Shown: positions 13,400 to 27,197, numbered from the stretch's first letter. The stretch is 64,000 nucleotides of DNA from Isurus oxyrinchus (GCA_026770705.1 JANJGN010000021.1:91078001-91142000); one strand, 5' to 3'. Notes: a model not told the origin generated them from the sequence alone. Numbers and translations are program-made.

Positions 13400-16300
13400 G
13401 ATAGAATCATAGAATGGCTACAGCTCTGAAGGAGACCATTCGACCCGTCGTAGCTGTGACAGCTCTCTGCAAGAGAAATTCGCCAGTGCCATTCCCAAAG
13501 CTTTCCCCTTATCCCTGCATTGTTTGACTAATCGAGACCATGCTAGCTCACTATAGAGCAATCTAATCACTCTCATTCCGCCACTCTAATCCGGTAATAA
13601 TGTTATTTTCCTCAAGTGCCCATCGAATGTACTCTTGATATCATTCATTATCTTTGTTCCCATCACCCTCCTGGCAACGAATTGCCACTCGCTGCATGAT
13701 AAAAGCTCTCACTTGCACCCCTTGCTCAAAAGGATACCTGGTAGTAGGAGCTTTTCTTTTCCTCCCAAATTCACAACTGTCATAATCATGAAAAACTCTA
13801 TCAAATCACCGTCCATCTATTTTGCTCCAAAGAGCTCCTCTGACGTCTAAAGCTAAAACCCATCATCACTGAAATCGATCTGATAAATCTATTTTGCAAC
13901 CGCTCAAGAACAATCACATCTTTTCTAAAGTGTACTTATCAGAACTAGACAAGATATTCCAGTTGTGGCATAACCAAAATTGTATAAAGGTTGAGCATAA
14001 ATCACCTACTTTTGTATGCAATGTCTCTAATTATGAAGCCTAAGCCCCCGCATACTCTGTTAACCAATCTCTCAATATGTCCTGCCACCTTAAAAAAGCT
14101 GCACATATTAACCCCAGGTACCTCTTCCTCGGTACACTCTTTACAACTGTGCCATTTAACCTTTCTTGCCACTGTATGCATTTACCAAAATGCATCAATT
14201 ACGCTTCTAAGTAATAAATTCCATTTGTCACTTGTATGACAATTCTGATTGCCTTTTTTGTCTTGCTGCAGCCCATGTGTATCATTTTCACTCTCTGCTA
14301 CACCTCCAAGTTTAGTATCATCAGCTAATCATGAACTTTTACACGGTATTCCAATACCCGAGTTACTTATGTAACTCCAAACTTCATCCTCCTTTCATCG
14401 GAAAATCACTGTCCACCATTTTCTCGTCTAAAAAACAAACATTTTCCAGCGTCGATGTTTTCTACCCTTGCACCATTTTTTCAAATCTGACTACGACACT
14501 CCAGCTTAGGTTCGTTAATGAGCCGTTTTATGTCGCACTTTGTTGGAGGCTTTCTCAAAATCCATACAGGAAAAAAGGATTGATATCCCTCATGAAACTT
14601 CTATATTACTTAATCAGAAAAGTCAATTAAATAACAGGCAGGTTCTATCTTTGATAAATTCGTGTTTCTCTCTACAATGCAATCTAACCTCTTCAAGCAC
14701 TGCTTAATCTTTTCCCTGATTATTCTTTTTTTCTAACATCCTAACTACAACTTATTTTCAGCTGACTCGCCTGTAGTTATAAGGAGTATCATTGACATTC
14801 ATTTTTTACGAAAGAGGAGTGTCATACTTGCTACTCTACAGTACTCTGTCCCCTTTCACGTAACTACGGAAGATTGGAATGCCGTGGCAAACCCTTTCGC
14901 TCTCTCCTCCCAACTTCCTGTCGAAGCCTAGCAGACAAGTGATCTGGACCAGGAGGCTTATCCACTTTAAGCATAGCAGATCTTTACAATACATTCTTCC
15001 TATGGATTTTCACCTGATCAATTACTTCTACCAGCCCCTCCCCTACCGATATTTGTTCAGTATCCCCTCCTTTAGTCAACACAGTTACAAAATACTCATT
15101 TGGCATTCAAGTCTTACCCTGATCCACTAAGTACACATGGGCCTCTTTGTCCGAATCACTTGTTACTACCCACTTACCATATACATACTAGTACAAGACT
15201 TTTCGATGCCCTTCAACATTATCTACCATTTTATGCGCATACATTTCTTTACTCCTTTCCTTTTCAGTTCCAGTCTTAAAATATCATATTTATCCCGGCT
15301 CTCGCTTAAGGGATTCTCTTGATAAAGCCATTCCATCATCACTTTCTGGCGCTGACATTGCACCATATTCTCTATCACCCTCGTCATCAAAGGCTGGCTT
15401 TGATTTCTTAACTTTCGCCTTGTTAAAATGTTACTAGCCTGCACTTCAAACATCTCTTTTAAGATAATCCGCTTCACTGTTACAGTTTTCGCTGTGAATC
15501 TTTGGTTCTATTTTCCACTGGCTGCATTTCTTCTCACCCTATTAAACTTAAAAATCTTCCAATTCCCCCTTTAGATTATTCTTTGTTCTTCACCATTGTT
15601 CATCTAAATATTATGATACAAATATCATTCCTGTAAAAGTGTTTTCCTACAGGTACTTGGTGCATTTGACCCAATTTCATTCCACAACAGCCAGAACGAA
15701 CAACGTCTCCTTCATAGTTGGACCGAGAACATACTTGTTAAAGTAGTGCTCCTGAACACATTTCGGATTTTCCCCTCCCTCCCCTTTACTCTAATGTTAT
15801 CATCATTGTCGTTTGGCTAAATAACGATCCCAAGAACCATATAGTTTTCTATGCCATTGCGCATTTCTGTGATTTCTTGGTTTATTTCCAGCTCTGTCTC
15901 TCACTATTTGGAGGCGATAATATAAAGCCTGTAGCATGATCATCCCCTCTATGTTTGCAAAATCTAACGAAATTTATTCTGTGTTTGCCCCCATAATGAC
16001 ACCATCTCTTTCCAGAAAAACAATTCCTGTCCTATTCAGTGCTGCAACATGAACTCCCTTTTTTCATTCACGATATGTTTTATTCTGCAGCCTTTGTATC
16101 CCTGAATGTTATGCGTCAGTTTTAAGTTACATTTTCATTATTGCCATTGCACAATATGCCCACACGATTATCTATGCATCGTATTCGCTACAGTTAAGGC
16201 CGTTACATATATGCATTGCACACCTGCCTTTCTATGCCTGGCATTCTTCTTAATCTCATCTTATGTAATACAGAACTAATTAATTTTCTACGACTATCCA
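13400..16300 (-). mobile_element. Decayed CR1 LINE fragments
   Basis: CR1-type 3' tail read in reverse (atagaatcatagaat..., ccattcgacccgtcg) and scattered ORF2-like remnants. Confidence 0.65.
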
Positions 16301-16844
16301 TCACTCTAAATCTTATGCGACTTAACTCTATTTTCCACTTCCATCTACTGACACCCATCGCCTTTCTCATTTACATTGAACTCTTGTCTGGGTGGCAAGA
16401 AACTCGTGGGACCTGCCTTGGTTATGTCTGCCCTTTAATGTGCTGTTTTTGGTGTGCTCGACCTCAGTTTACCTGTTAGTTCATGTTTAAGGCATGATAA
16501 TTGTTGATCTTAGAGCATATGATGGGCTTTGCTGATATTTGATTTGCTGACTTTTGAATAGCAAAAGCTCTTATGTTTGTTTAAATAACGTGGAACATTG
16601 TGACTTTATTCTCTTGATAACCAACTGGGATTTCAAATTCTGTCTACTTTAAACCAAAAATACTGACTGAATTTTGGTGCCTTGTCTTGAGTCGTAACTT
16701 GTTTAAGGCAGGCACAGCTGTGGTTCATCTCAATACCCTGAGCAACGCATTTTAATTTGAAGAAGTAGGTGCAGTTAAAGGGGGAGACTTTCAATTTGAG
16801 AACAAGTTCATTCATATACAGGAGGATAATGCTGGATGGAGACT

Positions 16845-17417
16845 GGAAGAAGTGGAGAGCATTCAGCCTGGTGTAGCAAGCGATAGAGGTGTGCAGAGAT
16901 TTGACAAGGATGTTGAAGAGGAGATTGTTGGGGCCAGAAAATTGAAAACTGTTAAGTTGGTGGTGCACATCGGAAATACATCAGAAAACCTGGGCAACGG
17001 GAGTAAGAATTGAGCCCCCTGTAAGAAAGAAAAAACAGCGAACAGAACAGGCTGAAACAATAGGTTAAGCAGGGCAGATCAATTTGTGGATCTTTGAAAG
17101 TGGGTGGGAACGAATTATTCTGGCTGGGCTGCTAAGGCATTGGAGACGGTAGAGGGAAGATCTCCAGAGAATATAAGTTCAGTGACTGCCCTGGAGACTA
17201 TAACTTGAAGTGCAGTAGCGGGGAGCAGTTTTGAGATAGCTCTGAGAGTTGGATTTCGGCCCCGTAAGGTTGAGAAAACAACCCTTAGTTTGTTTGCACC
17301 ACCAACTTAACAGTTTTCAATTTTCTGGCCCCAATAATCTCATCTTCAACAGCTTTGTCCAATCTCTGCACACCTCTATCACTCGGTACACCAGGCTGAA
17401 TGCTCTCCATTTCTTCC
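16845..17417. repeat. 123-bp inverted duplication (16845-16967 vs 17295-17417)
   Basis: The same peptide HHQLNSFQFSGPNNL...YTRLNALHFF appears on opposite strands in the ORF track; arms align as reverse complements. Confidence 0.92.
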
Positions 17418-19031
17418 TTGAATGGATGCTTACCAGTCTCCATCTACCATTTGTTGGTCTGAGGAAGAAAATGTTAAAGTTCGACTTCAGAGAAAGCAGT
17501 TCAGCAGGTTCAGGGGGTGACATGTTAGTGGCGCTAAGGAGAGGAGCCAAAATAGTTATCACAGACACGAAGGCAATGGCAGAAGAGCTTAATGTCATGC
17601 CGTGCTCCAAATTCTTTAAGCTAAGGACGTAAGGGGGTGACGCTGATGCCTCTCTTCTAAGAGCAGTCTATTCAGAGTCAGTTGGTGGAAACCAAGAAAA
17701 TGTCATGAATGAATAGCAACGGTTAAATTAGATGAAAGGGATGGTATCAGAGGGAAGGGGGATTCAGAATGTCTTTGACACCCAGGAGTTTCGGAAGCTT
17801 GTGAATTTTCACACTGAAAGAAGAAAACTTGTTTTTTTTTTTGCTTTCTTTAATGATTGGATGAGACGAGCAAGGAAACCAAACTGTGGAGAAGGACATC
17901 TTTGAACAAGAGTAAGTCAAGGTTGCAGAAGAGAGAAGTCGAGATAGTACATGTCGCAGCATTCACTGCGGACCTCAGGGTGCAGCAAGGACAGAGTTTC
18001 CCGGAAATTGGATGTTAAGGCTGGAATTTCACTTGAAATCCATGTTGCATAAGTTGGAGACTGAGACAGTATCTGGGAAAATTGCATTGGCTGCTAAGCC
18101 CGACAAACGGAATTGTTACCACTCTGACATACTCAGTTCCTTGTTTTAGGTATTGTTAAAAAAGACATTCGCATTCCAACTAGGTGAGATTTTCGGCTAA
18201 CTAACATTAACTTGACTGTTAGACAAAAAAGGTACATACCTTCCATCCCAGTTCCACTGAGAGTGTGCAGATTGAAAACTGTGTCCTAAAATGTGATTCA
18301 TTTCGCAATAGATTGCAAATAATTACTTGTATCAACCTATTCCATTAGCCTGAAAACGTTATCCTTTCCGTTTGTGTGTCTGTGTGCATATTGAAGTGAT
18401 ATCCTTCATATTTTACAGTTACTTGATATAAGAAACCGTTGCATTATGAATATGAAGGAAGGTAGCAATTATCTGAAAAAAACCTGTAAACGCAGGTAGA
18501 AATTGCCAAAGAAAATAGCTGCGCTCCTCATTTTCATCCGTTTAACAAATATTTGTCTTAACGCAACTGTTAAGTAAATAAAAATTATCATTATTTGCCG
18601 GGAGTTCATTCTCACATAACACAAACGGTCATGTGACAGAAATTGTTAACTCTATGAAAATTATATTTGAAACTTAATATTCTGGCGTGATTTTATGAAT
18701 GGAATACCAATGGAGTTAATCCAGAAGATATTCGGTCAGAACGTGAGGAATTTAGGAGCCCGGTATGGAACATTAGAGTTCACCAGATTCCTCAGGGTAT
18801 CAATGAGATATACACGAACATATCTCTTATATTTGCAATCTCCACCCACATTCATTACAATTAATTGCCCCAAACATCCATTGTCTATTATTTTTATTGC
18901 TGCTATTATTACTGTTTTTATTATTGATGTAATTTTCATACAGTTGGCCCCACCAACTGCGACTTTTTCCTTTATCTCATTTTTCATAATGCATATATAG
19001 CCAAAGTAGATTATCTTGTTGTTTTTTTCAG

Positions 19032-19058
19032 ACTTACAGGGCAAATTTGAAAAGCTAG
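19032..19058 (+). CDS. Microexon 4 (27 nt): DLQGKFEKL
   Basis: ttgttgtttttttcag|ACTTACAG...AAGCTAG|gtatgg. Confidence 0.85.
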   Translation, partial: TYRANLKS

Positions 19059-19752
19059 GTATGGCTAAATTAAGTATCCTATTTAGAGTTGCTACAACAT
19101 AGCACATCGCTTGAGCACACTGCACTGAACAGGTGTAGGCTTCGATCAAAGATGAATTAGGTTAAAGATATAATGCCTTAAGATACATCGTAGAATTTCA
19201 CATGGGCAAATATTTTCCAAAAAATCACAACTTACGGAAGCTAGTATGAAGCCACGATTTACGAGGTGTATTCCCTTTTTGTCAACTGGCAATAAAGTTT
19301 TGTGCCGAGGGGAGAACGCCCATTATATGAGCCACCCAATTTCGTTGCAAGTGATTGGAATTTAAAAATATTTAGCTACATCGAAGGTTCTCATTGGATG
19401 TTGCACGTTTTGCATGGTATATCAGTAAATTTGTAGGGATGCTTCTCGATCTGAATAAACTAGCATGTGCTCTCCAAATAGCTAATTATAATGAGTTCCT
19501 TGCTGCTGTAAAATTTCTAGATGAAAAAGCCACGCAATACATGCGGTAAAAGATCCTTAATCTCTTCTTGGAGTAAGAATTTGCCTTGTCACCACCAGTG
19601 CCACTCAATTTAAATACGAACATAGGCCCTCAATTCTAAATACTGACACACATCCAAAACATTTTCTTGATTGCTTATAATAAATAGTGCATCCCAAGTG
19701 CATTACCTATATTTCTATTTAATGACCATTGTTTTTATTTTTTATTTTGCAG

Positions 19753-19779
19753 AAGCGCAATTAAACGACAAAGAAAGAG
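19753..19779 (+). CDS. Microexon 5 (27 nt): EAQLNDKER
   Basis: tttttattttgcag|AAGCGC...GAAAGAG|gtaaaa. Confidence 0.85.
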
Positions 19780-20039
19780 GTAAAATGCAGAATAATTATG
19801 TTTTCATTATTTGTTGCCATTAATTTTCACCTGTCCTTGCATTGCATTTATTCATTTAATAAGCCTGCATGATTCACTGGCACTTTCAATGCAGTTTTAT
19901 ACGATATCCAGGATAGAAATCTAAAGAAGAAACATCAATTATTGAACCCAAATTCCATCCACAACAAAGATTAATTTTAGCTACTGGTCTGTAATTGACT
20001 ATAATGGAAAACAAAGTTGCCAGTTAAGTATAACAGTCT

Positions 20040-20250
20040 TCATTCCGTTATCACTCCATATGCCTGTTCTTTCACTGTCGCTGGGTCAAAATCCTGGAAC
20101 TTGTTCCTAACAACACTGTAGATGTGCTTAAACTAGATGGATTGCAACGGCTCAAAACGGCAGCTGATCACCATTATCTCAAGGGCAAATAGACAGGGCA
20201 ACAAATGCTTCCCTTGCCAGCGACGCAGACATCACATGAAAGAATGGAAA
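20040..20250 (+). mobile_element. 3' fragment of the LINE family seen at 3810 and 34360
   Basis: ttcactgtcgctgggtcaaaatcctggaac...caccattatctcaagggcaa...caacaaatgct. Confidence 0.75.
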
Positions 20251-20437
20251 AGGCTTCTAATTTCCATATTATATTCCGACTTGAACTGTGAAAATTGTTT
20301 TTCTACTCTTGACCAATCATAAAATATTGAAGTGCAAATTGAATCTTTTGTTATACCAAAGCCGTTTCAACTTCAACCGTTAACAAAAAGTGAGCACGTT
20401 ATTGAAAAATTTAAATAAAACGAATTTCTATTTTCAG

Positions 20438-20461
20438 AACTGATCGAATCTCATGAAGCAG
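20438..20461 (+). CDS. Microexon 6 (24 nt): ELIESHEA
   Basis: atttctattttcag|AACTGA...GAAGCAG|gtaaca. Confidence 0.85.
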
Positions 20462-21489
20462 GTAACATTTGGAGCTTATATATGTGTCCGTTTTACGGTT
20501 CTGGAACAGCTGAAGTAATTGGACTAGGCGTTGCAGCTTAACTTCTGATTTTCTTGGAGGGGATGGTGTTACCTCATAATCCATGGGTTTAACGAAAAAT
20601 AACTATTTAGCGTTAGAAGCAGTTTTTTTTTAAAACAGCGCATGACAAGAAGGGCAACGCGTGTTGGGGCTCCAGGGTCCTCCTGCTCTGATTCTCAAAA
20701 GATTAATATCGATCATTCGAATACAATTCCCGAGGGTTGAGAAATGTCCCGGCAAATCGAAGAACTCTGAGGTCAGAATGGCAACCAGAGTGATTAATTG
20801 CAATTAACGAAGAAGCTTTCGTCGGAAGCATTGGCGCTTGAATGGCACGTGCTTTATCCAATTGTAGATGTCAAGTGGATTTGCGTGTTTTGAGACTTAT
20901 AGAGCCAGGAGTCGGACCTTGATTCGAGAGGTCAGCTGAGTTCATTCATTTCAACAGTTCAATAGTATAAGATTCTCTGTCGCTCTTTCTGGTAGAGGAG
21001 AATTCAAGAGTTATCCACTCCAGGCGGCTAATCAATCCATAATTCCCTGATGAACAATGATGAAATGTGTTCTTCGTGCCCGGTTTTTCTTGTTTCCTCC
21101 TCCTGCAAAAAGATAATGTATTTGTCTATCACGCCATTGCAATTATATTAAGTACCCTAGTGGAAGTAAGCACTTCCAAGAAACAAAGGAATAGAATTTT
21201 TAAGGGAAAACATGTAATAGTCCCAACGAAATGTAATGGTTGGAATGATAGCGTGCATGGCAATTTGAAGTAAACGAAAAGGAAAAGTCGCCCCGAAAGA
21301 ATTAGGCCGTAACACCCAACTGTAGTCGGAAAGTGGTATCTTGCAGGAATTAGTCGAAATAAATACATACTAAGCTACCCTTGAAAATTAGGCTGACATT
21401 TCAGTTCGCCAGAGCTGCTTGGGCCTGCATCGAAAGACTCCTCGCAAGCCCAGCGAAGTGCAGCACAGGAAAATCAATGAGGCCACGCC

Positions 21490-22260
21490 CCCTTTTTACA
21501 GCATGAGCTTCAGCTCGTTCATCACTCTTGGCTTTCTTAGCCTTCACCCGTGCTTATTGTTCCTCCTCATCTTCTGAGCCAAGGTTCTTTCTTACTGATG
21601 TCCTTCCGTTATGTTTTACTATCAGGGCTACCGCTCCTCCTTTTCCATCCTGTCTACCTTTTCGGAATGTTGCGGATGCTAAAATATTTACCCACCTAGG
21701 TGACTTTGTTACCGTTTCCCTGTAATGGTAAATAAATTTAATCAACTTCTTTATTTTATGTCGCTAGTTCATCTATTCTATTGCGAATGAATGCTTAGCT
21801 CATTCACATAAAGAGCCTTTTAGTTTAATTTTTAAAGCTATTATTTCCATGGACTTATGAGCTAATGCACTATACCTTTGCTCCCTTCCTGTATTTGCTT
21901 TACATTACCCAGATGCATTTGCCTCACAGGCCATTGCAATATCCCGATTTTTCTCTTTAGATTTCTAGATCTCACTTCGCTTGAGCTTTCCCTCGCGGCC
22001 TTTTAGTTTAAATCCCTATTCTCGACTCTATTTCGACGATTTTCCACGTTACTAATCCCAACGCAGTTTGAGCGGAGCCGATTACATTGGGCCAGCTCCC
22101 GCTTTCCTGAAAACTGATGCCTGTATGCCATGAATGACACCTCCTTCTTCGCACATCAAACTTTAAGCCACGTGATCAATTTCCTAATCCGATGCACCCA
22201 GTGCCAGTTGGCGCGTGGTTTAGGTTACAATCCAGAGATATTATCTCTGAGAATCAACGC
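21490..22260 (-). mobile_element. CR1 ORF1/endonuclease remnant
   Basis: ORF fragment FRKGRQDGKGGAVALIVK matches the CR1 endonuclease RRDR..GKGGGVAL motif. Confidence 0.75.
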
Positions 22261-22340
22261 TTTATTAATGCCAAGTCTGATTTGCTAAAATATAAACTTA
22301 ACGCATAGTATTTCCTGCAACGTTGTATTTCGTGTTACAG

Positions 22341-22367
22341 AATTCATCCTTCAAGCAAGCCAGAAAA
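22341..22367 (+). CDS. Microexon 7 (27 nt): EFILQASQK
   Basis: ttgtatttcgtgttacag|AATTCA...CAGAAAA|gtaaga; its inclusion preserves the heptad register. Confidence 0.75.
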
Positions 22368-22678
22368 GTAAGATCGTATTAATGTAATCGAAAAAACAGC
22401 AGCAGTGTTTGGACCTTCCGCTATACCAACAACTGTTTACGATCAGCTGGAGTTCACTTGTACTCTCAGCCATGTATTTCCGTCGAAGGCCGGCGGCAAA
22501 AGCAGATGGGGCCTGATTGGCCGACCACTGCCCAATTACATTTTGCTCTGAATTCAACTAGACATGTATTTAAATAATTTCCTAGTCGACTAAATTCAGT
22601 CCATGATGTCAGGTATAAATGTTGCCCTTATGTCTACTTTTGTCCTATGATCTCCCTATGTCCCTCAATCAACACCTA

Positions 22679-22805
22679 GGTCGGAATGTTATGGCCCCGT
22701 CGCGGTGGGGGCCCAGCCGTAAAATGCGGCGAGCAGTTCAAAACTCTATTGACTTTGGTGGGGACAGAAGGGCGCGCCGGCGGGAGGGGAGTAAAATTCC
22801 GCACC
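22679..22805. mobile_element. Short MITE-like element
   Basis: Imperfect terminal inverted repeats ggtcggaatgttatggcccc / ggggagtaaaattccgcacc, flanked by TA on both sides; CpG-rich relative to its flanks. Confidence 0.55.
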
Positions 22806-23825
22806 TAGTCTGAGTAGGTGGATTATCGCGCGCTTCAGTTTGCATTGTTCTTCTTTACTTCTGGTAAATGTTCAAAGCACACAACTGTACTTGGTTTGAC
22901 ATTAATTGAGAAACCTTATAGGTTAGCGTAAAGTAATTTTAAATTGAATTCTGCTATACCTGACATTTTTTTACAAATGAAAATCGAGAAACCCGAAGTA
23001 CTCAGCAGGTCTGGAAACTTCTGTGGGGCGGGAAACAGCTTCAGGTCCATAATGCGTCTTCAGAACGACGGATACCGTCATCTATATTTCACCAACCCAA
23101 GTTAAACGTCTACTCTCATTAGCATAGATATGCTCGTGCCATACGCCATAATCAATACCTAATGGATTTCCGAACTTGTGATTGCTAGAATGAGCATAAA
23201 AGGGTTGTGGCCTTGATAAGGGGCAGCGCAGCTATGCATACGAAACCATGCTCTGGGCTAGTGGTAATTTTATTTTAAATAAAATGTAGGATAAGTGGGG
23301 ATTCAGAACTTTGCTGAGAATGGACAATTTGTTAGGGTGCGATTCTATTCTGTTACCTTCGCATCCAGCTCACCTTCCGTATTCAATCGTCCTCGTGGAA
23401 AAATGGAAAAGTAATTGACTCTGTTCCAAGACTACATGTCAGTTTTCTACCCCAAGCTCCATAAAAAATGTACGAAGCTGGTGGAACGGCAGTGCTGGCA
23501 AAATAATTGAAAGGGGAATTGACGGCCAAATGTCAACAGCTGCCGAAGTCAGCCCTTTGACAATTAAGTTTCATGGTGCATATCAGGAAGACCAGAAATT
23601 AGAACGTTCTCCAGTGGCAGCTCAAACCACGATACTACACAGATTACCGGTTATATGGCCGACTGAATAGTCAGGTCAATTGGAGAGAATAGAGAAATGG
23701 CGTGGAAGGAGCTGCAAGTTCCGTGGCACAAGTATTGTACAAGACAAACTTCGGCATAGGTAAATCAACTTCAGTGGGGTGCAAATGTTCACTAGCGCAT
23801 TGGTCGTCCCATCTACACGCTACCC

Positions 23826-23892
23826 CTCTCCTCCCAACCACACCATTACCACCCCACCCCCCCCCCCCACCCCCACCACCCACCCACCCCAA
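23826..23892. repeat. C-rich low-complexity tract (G-rich on minus strand)
   Basis: Seen directly; a similar tract lies at 38740-38826. Confidence 0.85.
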
Positions 23893-25269
23893 ACCCAGCA
23901 CCGTGCCGCCCGATTTCCATTTCCTTGATATCCAATTGATAGAAAAATTGGGTGGTGTGTTCAGTTAACCTCAAATAGAGCATAGTTAATGTAGCACCAA
24001 CGCTGAAGTTGAATTCATCCCCGTGTTCTTGAAGCATGCATTGAGTGTGAGGCCAAAGACAGATCGATCGAAGTGAGAATACAAAGGGAGTTAAGGTGAT
24101 GAGTCAATAACGAGTAGGGGCTCTACTTACAGACAGGCGAATCTGCATTCGCTATCACGAGGATAGAAACCACCAGATGAGGAGCGAAAATACCATAACT
24201 CATCAGATGATCAAAATGTCAACTGTCTCTCAAAAGGACGGTGCTGCGCATGTTCATTCGCCACCCTGCAACTTGCAGTTACCCTTACAATGATACCTTG
24301 CGTTCTAAAAAAAGGAAGCCTAATACAACTCTCCCATGTAATTATAAGAAACAAAACATAATATTCTGGAAAACCCAGCCGGTCTGGCCGCTTCTGTCGA
24401 GAGAGAAACAGAGTTAACGTCTCCAGTCTGTATGACTCTTCTTCATATAATTTCCAGGTCAAAAAGCAATCCTTTTCGAGAAGGCAACCCCTCCGAGCCC
24501 GTAGTGGCTTTCCAGTACATCATTAGCATATCTACAAATTCTCAGCCTGACGTCCAGATAAAAACTCATAACACCAACTTCGCTACTTTTGAAATTGTCA
24601 TTTGATGAAGATGTCTGTAACGCTTCCGGCTCGACGCTTTAACCTCAAAATACTGTTAGTACTCTGACGAATTGCGTAATGTTTCAGAGCTTCACATACA
24701 AAGCTTCAAAATAATGCTTCATGTAGTTTGAAAATTTACTTCCGCATCGTTATGATCTAAGTGTCCCCTCACCTTCAAATCGATCTCAGTCTTACACCTG
24801 GTCCCCAGGTATTCCATGTTTCTCCTATTCCCCATACATTGCATTTTCCCTAAGGTATCAATAGCTTAATTCTCAACTTATCTGTTCTCTTAGCAGATGT
24901 TAACTAACTGTCCATTTTCATGGGTGTTATTTTTAATTTATTCATCTCCAGAATCTTCAATATTTTATATTTTATCACCAAGACCAGTTATTAATGTCGA
25001 CTTTATGTTCCGAATCCGTGTTACATTTAAGTGGCATTGCAGTGGGTAAACCATTCAAACACGTTTATAGCAACATTACAGTTGATATATATTTTGCTAA
25101 CATGCTTACATAGAACTTATTTCAAAGAAGTAGCCATAGAACTTATTTCAGAGAGGTAGCTCCAGCGTGTATTTTCTTTACGTCAAGAGAGTTTTGATTG
25201 TAATTTCTACAAAGAAGATTGATGCTATTCTTCCTGATTGTAGTCAGTGTTATGTTTAATTTATTTCAG

Positions 25270-25296
25270 AGCTCCAGAAAACCATTAGAGACACAG
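25270..25296 (+). CDS. Microexon 8 (27 nt): KLQKTIRDT
   Basis: tttaatttatttcag|AGCTCC...GACACAG|gtatgt. Confidence 0.85.
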
Positions 25297-26978
25297 GTAT
25301 GTAAAAGGACAAATATTTGATGTCTATGTCTTGAAACTGTTTCCCGCAAAATTGCATCAATTTCATTTCACGGGCCAATTACAGCCCATAAAATAAAGCA
25401 AAAGGTAATATAGAGCGTTTGTATGTACTGTCCTTCAGCTTACCATTGTGATTTCCTGTTGAGTCAATCCTTCTATTTCATTTTGTTGTTTTTCAATTAC
25501 ATTGATTCTTTTTGTTCCTCATTTTGATATTTCATAGGCACAGGTTTTAATGTGATTATGGCTTTACTTCACTGATCATAATTCCGTTTTAGAAACCCAC
25601 TGCTTTCTAAATTGTTTTTCCTCACCAGCTATGGAACAAATTAGCTAATGCATACATTTGAACTGGTCTTATTAAACAGTATCTGCGATGTGCAGGCAGC
25701 TCATTGTATGTGGAGTGAGTTACTTTTCCTCTCTTCTATGTGTTATCATTTTACACAAAGGCACACTTACTCCTGTGATGTTCTTGATGCACCTAGTCAG
25801 TCGAGTTCATTGCCCCTTTAGCATTTCTTACTGTTCGGCACTGCATGGGCTGTAATGTGATTTCTGTGAGTTGATTTCTTAACGCGTCTGATGGCAGGTG
25901 TGTGAGATCTGTCGTTTGATATTGGAAACATGAATTATTCCAAAGTAGTTTCATTTTAATTTATCCCGGACATTGTCCATTTTGTCACACCGCTACTTCT
26001 ATACAGGCGTAACATCAGTTGCTTTCTACAACTTCTATGATCCTCCACTGACTGCTTGACATGTTATTTTTCAAGCTCATCATCCAAGGTTGCCTGCTTT
26101 CTCCGTTGATACCTCTTCTATACTGAATTGAAGACGATGAGTCAAGAGAGCAGAGATCCTGTAATCTGCAGGAGAAATAGAAAAATCACATATGAACGTA
26201 CATGACTGTTTTTGGCACTTAATCTCAGTGCGATATGTTCCTCTTATCACAAGGGAAACCCAATAAATTATCTAACGCAAGCAACCTCGTTCTCAAATAT
26301 TTGTTCTATGTTGACATTCTAGTTTGTACTTGGGAACTAAAATTAAGTTTTCCTAAATAAAAAGATAAAACGTGTGCAATGTTGAAAGTTCACGAAATCG
26401 AGAGACAAATAGAGGCGCGGTGTTACAAATAAAATACTTCCTATTAACATTTGTCGACAGGTAACGTTTACCATGTTAAGATCAGCACATGACTGAAGAA
26501 CCACTGCCTCGGAGTTTTGTGTTGCTTTGTTTATTTTTTTCATCTGAAGGCAGAATGGAATTCAGAAATAAATGTTATTATAATCAATCCAAACTTCCAT
26601 TGGATGGTAGTTATGATGCTATCTATGGAATGTAAAGAAATTAATGCACCTACTCCGGAAAAAATATACAAGATACAATGACGGAATTTCTTTACCAGTT
26701 AACACCATGGCATTTTGCGACATATAATGTGCAGGAATTTCCAGAACTATAGGTCTCTAGCAGGGGTTGTCACATAACGACGCACTTGTCAAAAACCTGG
26801 AGCACACTTAATCGAAAATGTCTTCCATTATCATTAAGACAAGAGAAATTGCAAGTCATGCAGAGGCAATAAAAAAATCAGACGGCCCTGAAAAAAAATC
26901 CACGAAGGACAGAATGCAAAGGTTGTAACTTTAGGAATGATTATACTTAATGATTATACTTGTCGGATTTTATTTCAG

Positions 26979-27005
26979 GTGTAGATTTGCAATCGAAAGA
27001 AAATG
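26979..27005 (+). CDS. Microexon 9 (27 nt): GVDLQSKEN
   Basis: gattttatttcag|GTGTAG...GAAAATG|gtagga; same L-x-x-K-E-x pattern as exons 5 and 11. Confidence 0.8.
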
Positions 27006-27096
27006 GTAGGAACCTTTCCCGATTTTGGCATAGTAATAACTGTGAATTTATCAACGCTGACTTTACTACAGGGCAAATCTGACAGCAAATTCTGGA

Positions 27097-27197
27097 ATAA
27101 AAACAGGAAGTAGTGTAAATACTAAGCAGTTCTGGCAGCATCTGCGGCGAGAGAAACAGTGTTAACGTTTCGAACCCAATATGACTCTTCTTCAGCA
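27097..27197 (-). mobile_element. Penelope-like terminal-repeat fragment with hammerhead-like core
   Basis: Minus strand CTGAAGA-A-gagtc-atattg-ggttc-GAAAcgttaac; related copies near 23000, 24350, 27850 and 58990. Confidence 0.7.

Noticed and set aside
18695-19000. ORF with hydrophobic stretch LSIIFIAAIITVFIIDVIFIQL as a transmembrane exon
   Set aside because: Arises from AT-rich (att/ttt) intronic sequence; no fitting splice sites; lies in the middle of the coil exons
23671-24037. Pro-rich and Gly-rich ORFs (also 38617-38933)
   Set aside because: Translations of C/G low-complexity tracts
26134-26160. 27-nt open segment DDESREQRS
   Set aside because: Weak acceptor (gaattgaag) and donor (CCT|gtaatc); would break the register
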